This document shows positions 62,644 through 64,000 of a stretch of DNA of 64,000 nt, in pieces (within the stretch, counting starts at the first letter, position 1; every line of letters begins with the position of its first letter). This stretch comes from a virus (lineage: Duplodnaviria; Heunggongvirae; Uroviricota; Caudoviricetes), in the IMG/VR virus record IMGVR_UViG_3300037418_001222; one strand, given 5' to 3'. The notes beneath the pieces are model-generated. The model searched no databases. It was not told where the DNA came from and saw only the letters and a list, made by a program, of their open reading frames with translations. A program made the position numbers and the translations under genes.

Positions 62644-63222
62644 TCATACATTCTCCTTTGGATGTTCAGGAGGAGGTAGTAGAGCGCGGAGTTCATTTGC
62701 TACAGTTGAGTCCTGCTTTCCGAGAATCTTCTTCTCGATCATCTCGACCGTATCGATATATCCATTCGTTATTCTCTCCGTCAGGATCGCCTCAGTGTCT
62801 GAGCTAAGCTTCTTCTTCTTAAGATACTTAGCCCTCTTTTCCCACCTCTTAACGGCTCCATTCAATATATAGTCGTCATACGCGGAGACCGGAGGTCGAA
62901 GAATAGAGTCATTTTTGCTATTGATCTCGAGTTCTATTCGTCCCTTCCTGTTCATTAGAACTCGACACTTAAGAGACTTACTTACGAGAGTAGGAATTCT
63001 GGAATAGCAATAATGACTATCCTGTTTCCATATCTCACAATTGTAGTCCGAGTCGATGAGACCGGCGATAGTAGTGCAGGCGTCGTCTGGAACAAATGCA
63101 CCCCACCACCATCCTATTGCTGAAGAATAGACAGACCTAGGAAACCTCTTCTCGTCGATGGCATCCAATCCCTTCCAGATAGCCGCCGCTCCCGAAGCGA
63201 GTCCAGCAATTATTAGTAGCAT
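62644..63222 (-). CDS. hypothetical membrane-anchored protein (192 aa)
   Basis: N-terminal TM helix; ORF. Confidence 0.5.
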   Translation of the reverse strand: MLLIIAGLASGAAAIWKGLDAIDEKRFPRSVYSSAIGWWWGAFVPDDACTTIAGLIDSDYNCEIWKQDSHYCYSRIPTLVSKSLKCRVLMNRKGRIELEINSKNDSILRPPVSAYDDYILNGAVKRWEKRAKYLKKKKLSSDTEAILTERITNGYIDTVEMIEKKILGKQDSTVANELRALLPPPEHPKENV

Positions 63223-63459
63223 TTATCCTCTTCCTTCTGGACAAGATGATGGTGGAACTTGTTTAGATTGTTGTTGAGTGGGAGCACTATTTTCTTGAGG
63301 AGTATCTGGTAGATAGTGCGTCAAAATAATCCCACCCCCGATCAATAGAGCACCTATAATAGCAGATAAACAACTCTCCTCTTCTACAGAGAATAGAATA
63401 CAAAATACTCCAATTATGAGCATTCCAAGAATGAGAATTCCAAGAATGAGAAAACCCAT
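63223..63459 (-). CDS. small membrane protein (78 aa)
   Basis: Hydrophobic ORF. Confidence 0.4.
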   Translation of the reverse strand: MGFLILGILILGMLIIGVFCILFSVEEESCLSAIIGALLIGGGIILTHYLPDTPQENSAPTQQQSKQVPPSSCPEGRG

Positions 63460-63875
63460 TAATTACCTCCAGCCTCTCTACCCTGTGGTAGAGCCACGAC
63501 ATCACCGACACTCATTAGATCCGAATTATCACCATTAACTACACACGCCACATTGTAGGTATCACCTAGTGGTCTAACGGTCATCCATGTAAAAGAATTC
63601 TTATCATCATCCTGTGCACCATTGATCTCCATCTTAATGATCTCTACTGGAGCTCCATGACACGCGTCTGATGCATTCTTGAGCGGAGGATATGATACGT
63701 TGGACGGCTTTAGAACAATAACTTTATGAATGTAGGTCACCTGTCTAGTAACGTGATCAGTTATTATTCTCCGATGAGTTGGAACATAAAACATTAGTCC
63801 CGCGCCTACAGCTAACTGAAGTATGACTCCGGACAATATCCAGAGTGAATTCCGACGCCTATTAGAAGTATACAT
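63459..63875 (-). CDS. membrane-anchored protein (138 aa)
   Basis: N-terminal TM helix; ORF downstream of promoter 63907-63935. Confidence 0.45.
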   Translation of the reverse strand: MYTSNRRRNSLWILSGVILQLAVGAGLMFYVPTHRRIITDHVTRQVTYIHKVIVLKPSNVSYPPLKNASDACHGAPVEIIKMEINGAQDDDKNSFTWMTVRPLGDTYNVACVVNGDNSDLMSVGDVVALPQGREAGGN

Positions 63876-63906
63876 GAATACTATCTACCTTTGAAACCCC
63901 ACTAGG

Positions 63907-63935
63907 ATTATATCCATGTGATCAAGAATTGTCAA
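63907..63935 (-). promoter_or_regulatory. consensus sigma70 early promoter (TTGACA-N17-TATAAT)
   Basis: Minus: cccTTGACAattcttgatcacatggaTATAATccta. Confidence 0.65.
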
Positions 63936-64000
63936 GGGAATTCTTGAGTCGTAACTGGGCCGCCTCCCAGATTGGAAGATTCTTAATTCCCTCTTTCCTA

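Overview
The window reads as a T4-like (Straboviridae-type) myovirus segment. Calls that rest on recognisable motifs include baseplate genes (gp6, gp25, split gp5, gp53, tail-tube-fold), gp32 SSB, an ATP-dependent DNA ligase, NAMPT, NadM-Nudix, macro, NADAR, an ACP, AlkB, a PPP phosphatase and an RlmN/Cfr-like radical SAM protein. About half the window is a hyperplastic early region of small minus-strand ORFs, each behind the same ~55-bp sigma70-type promoter/stem-loop/RBS cassette; 20 copies of the promoter were found on the minus strand. All family assignments are from motifs read in the ORF translations; no database search was run.
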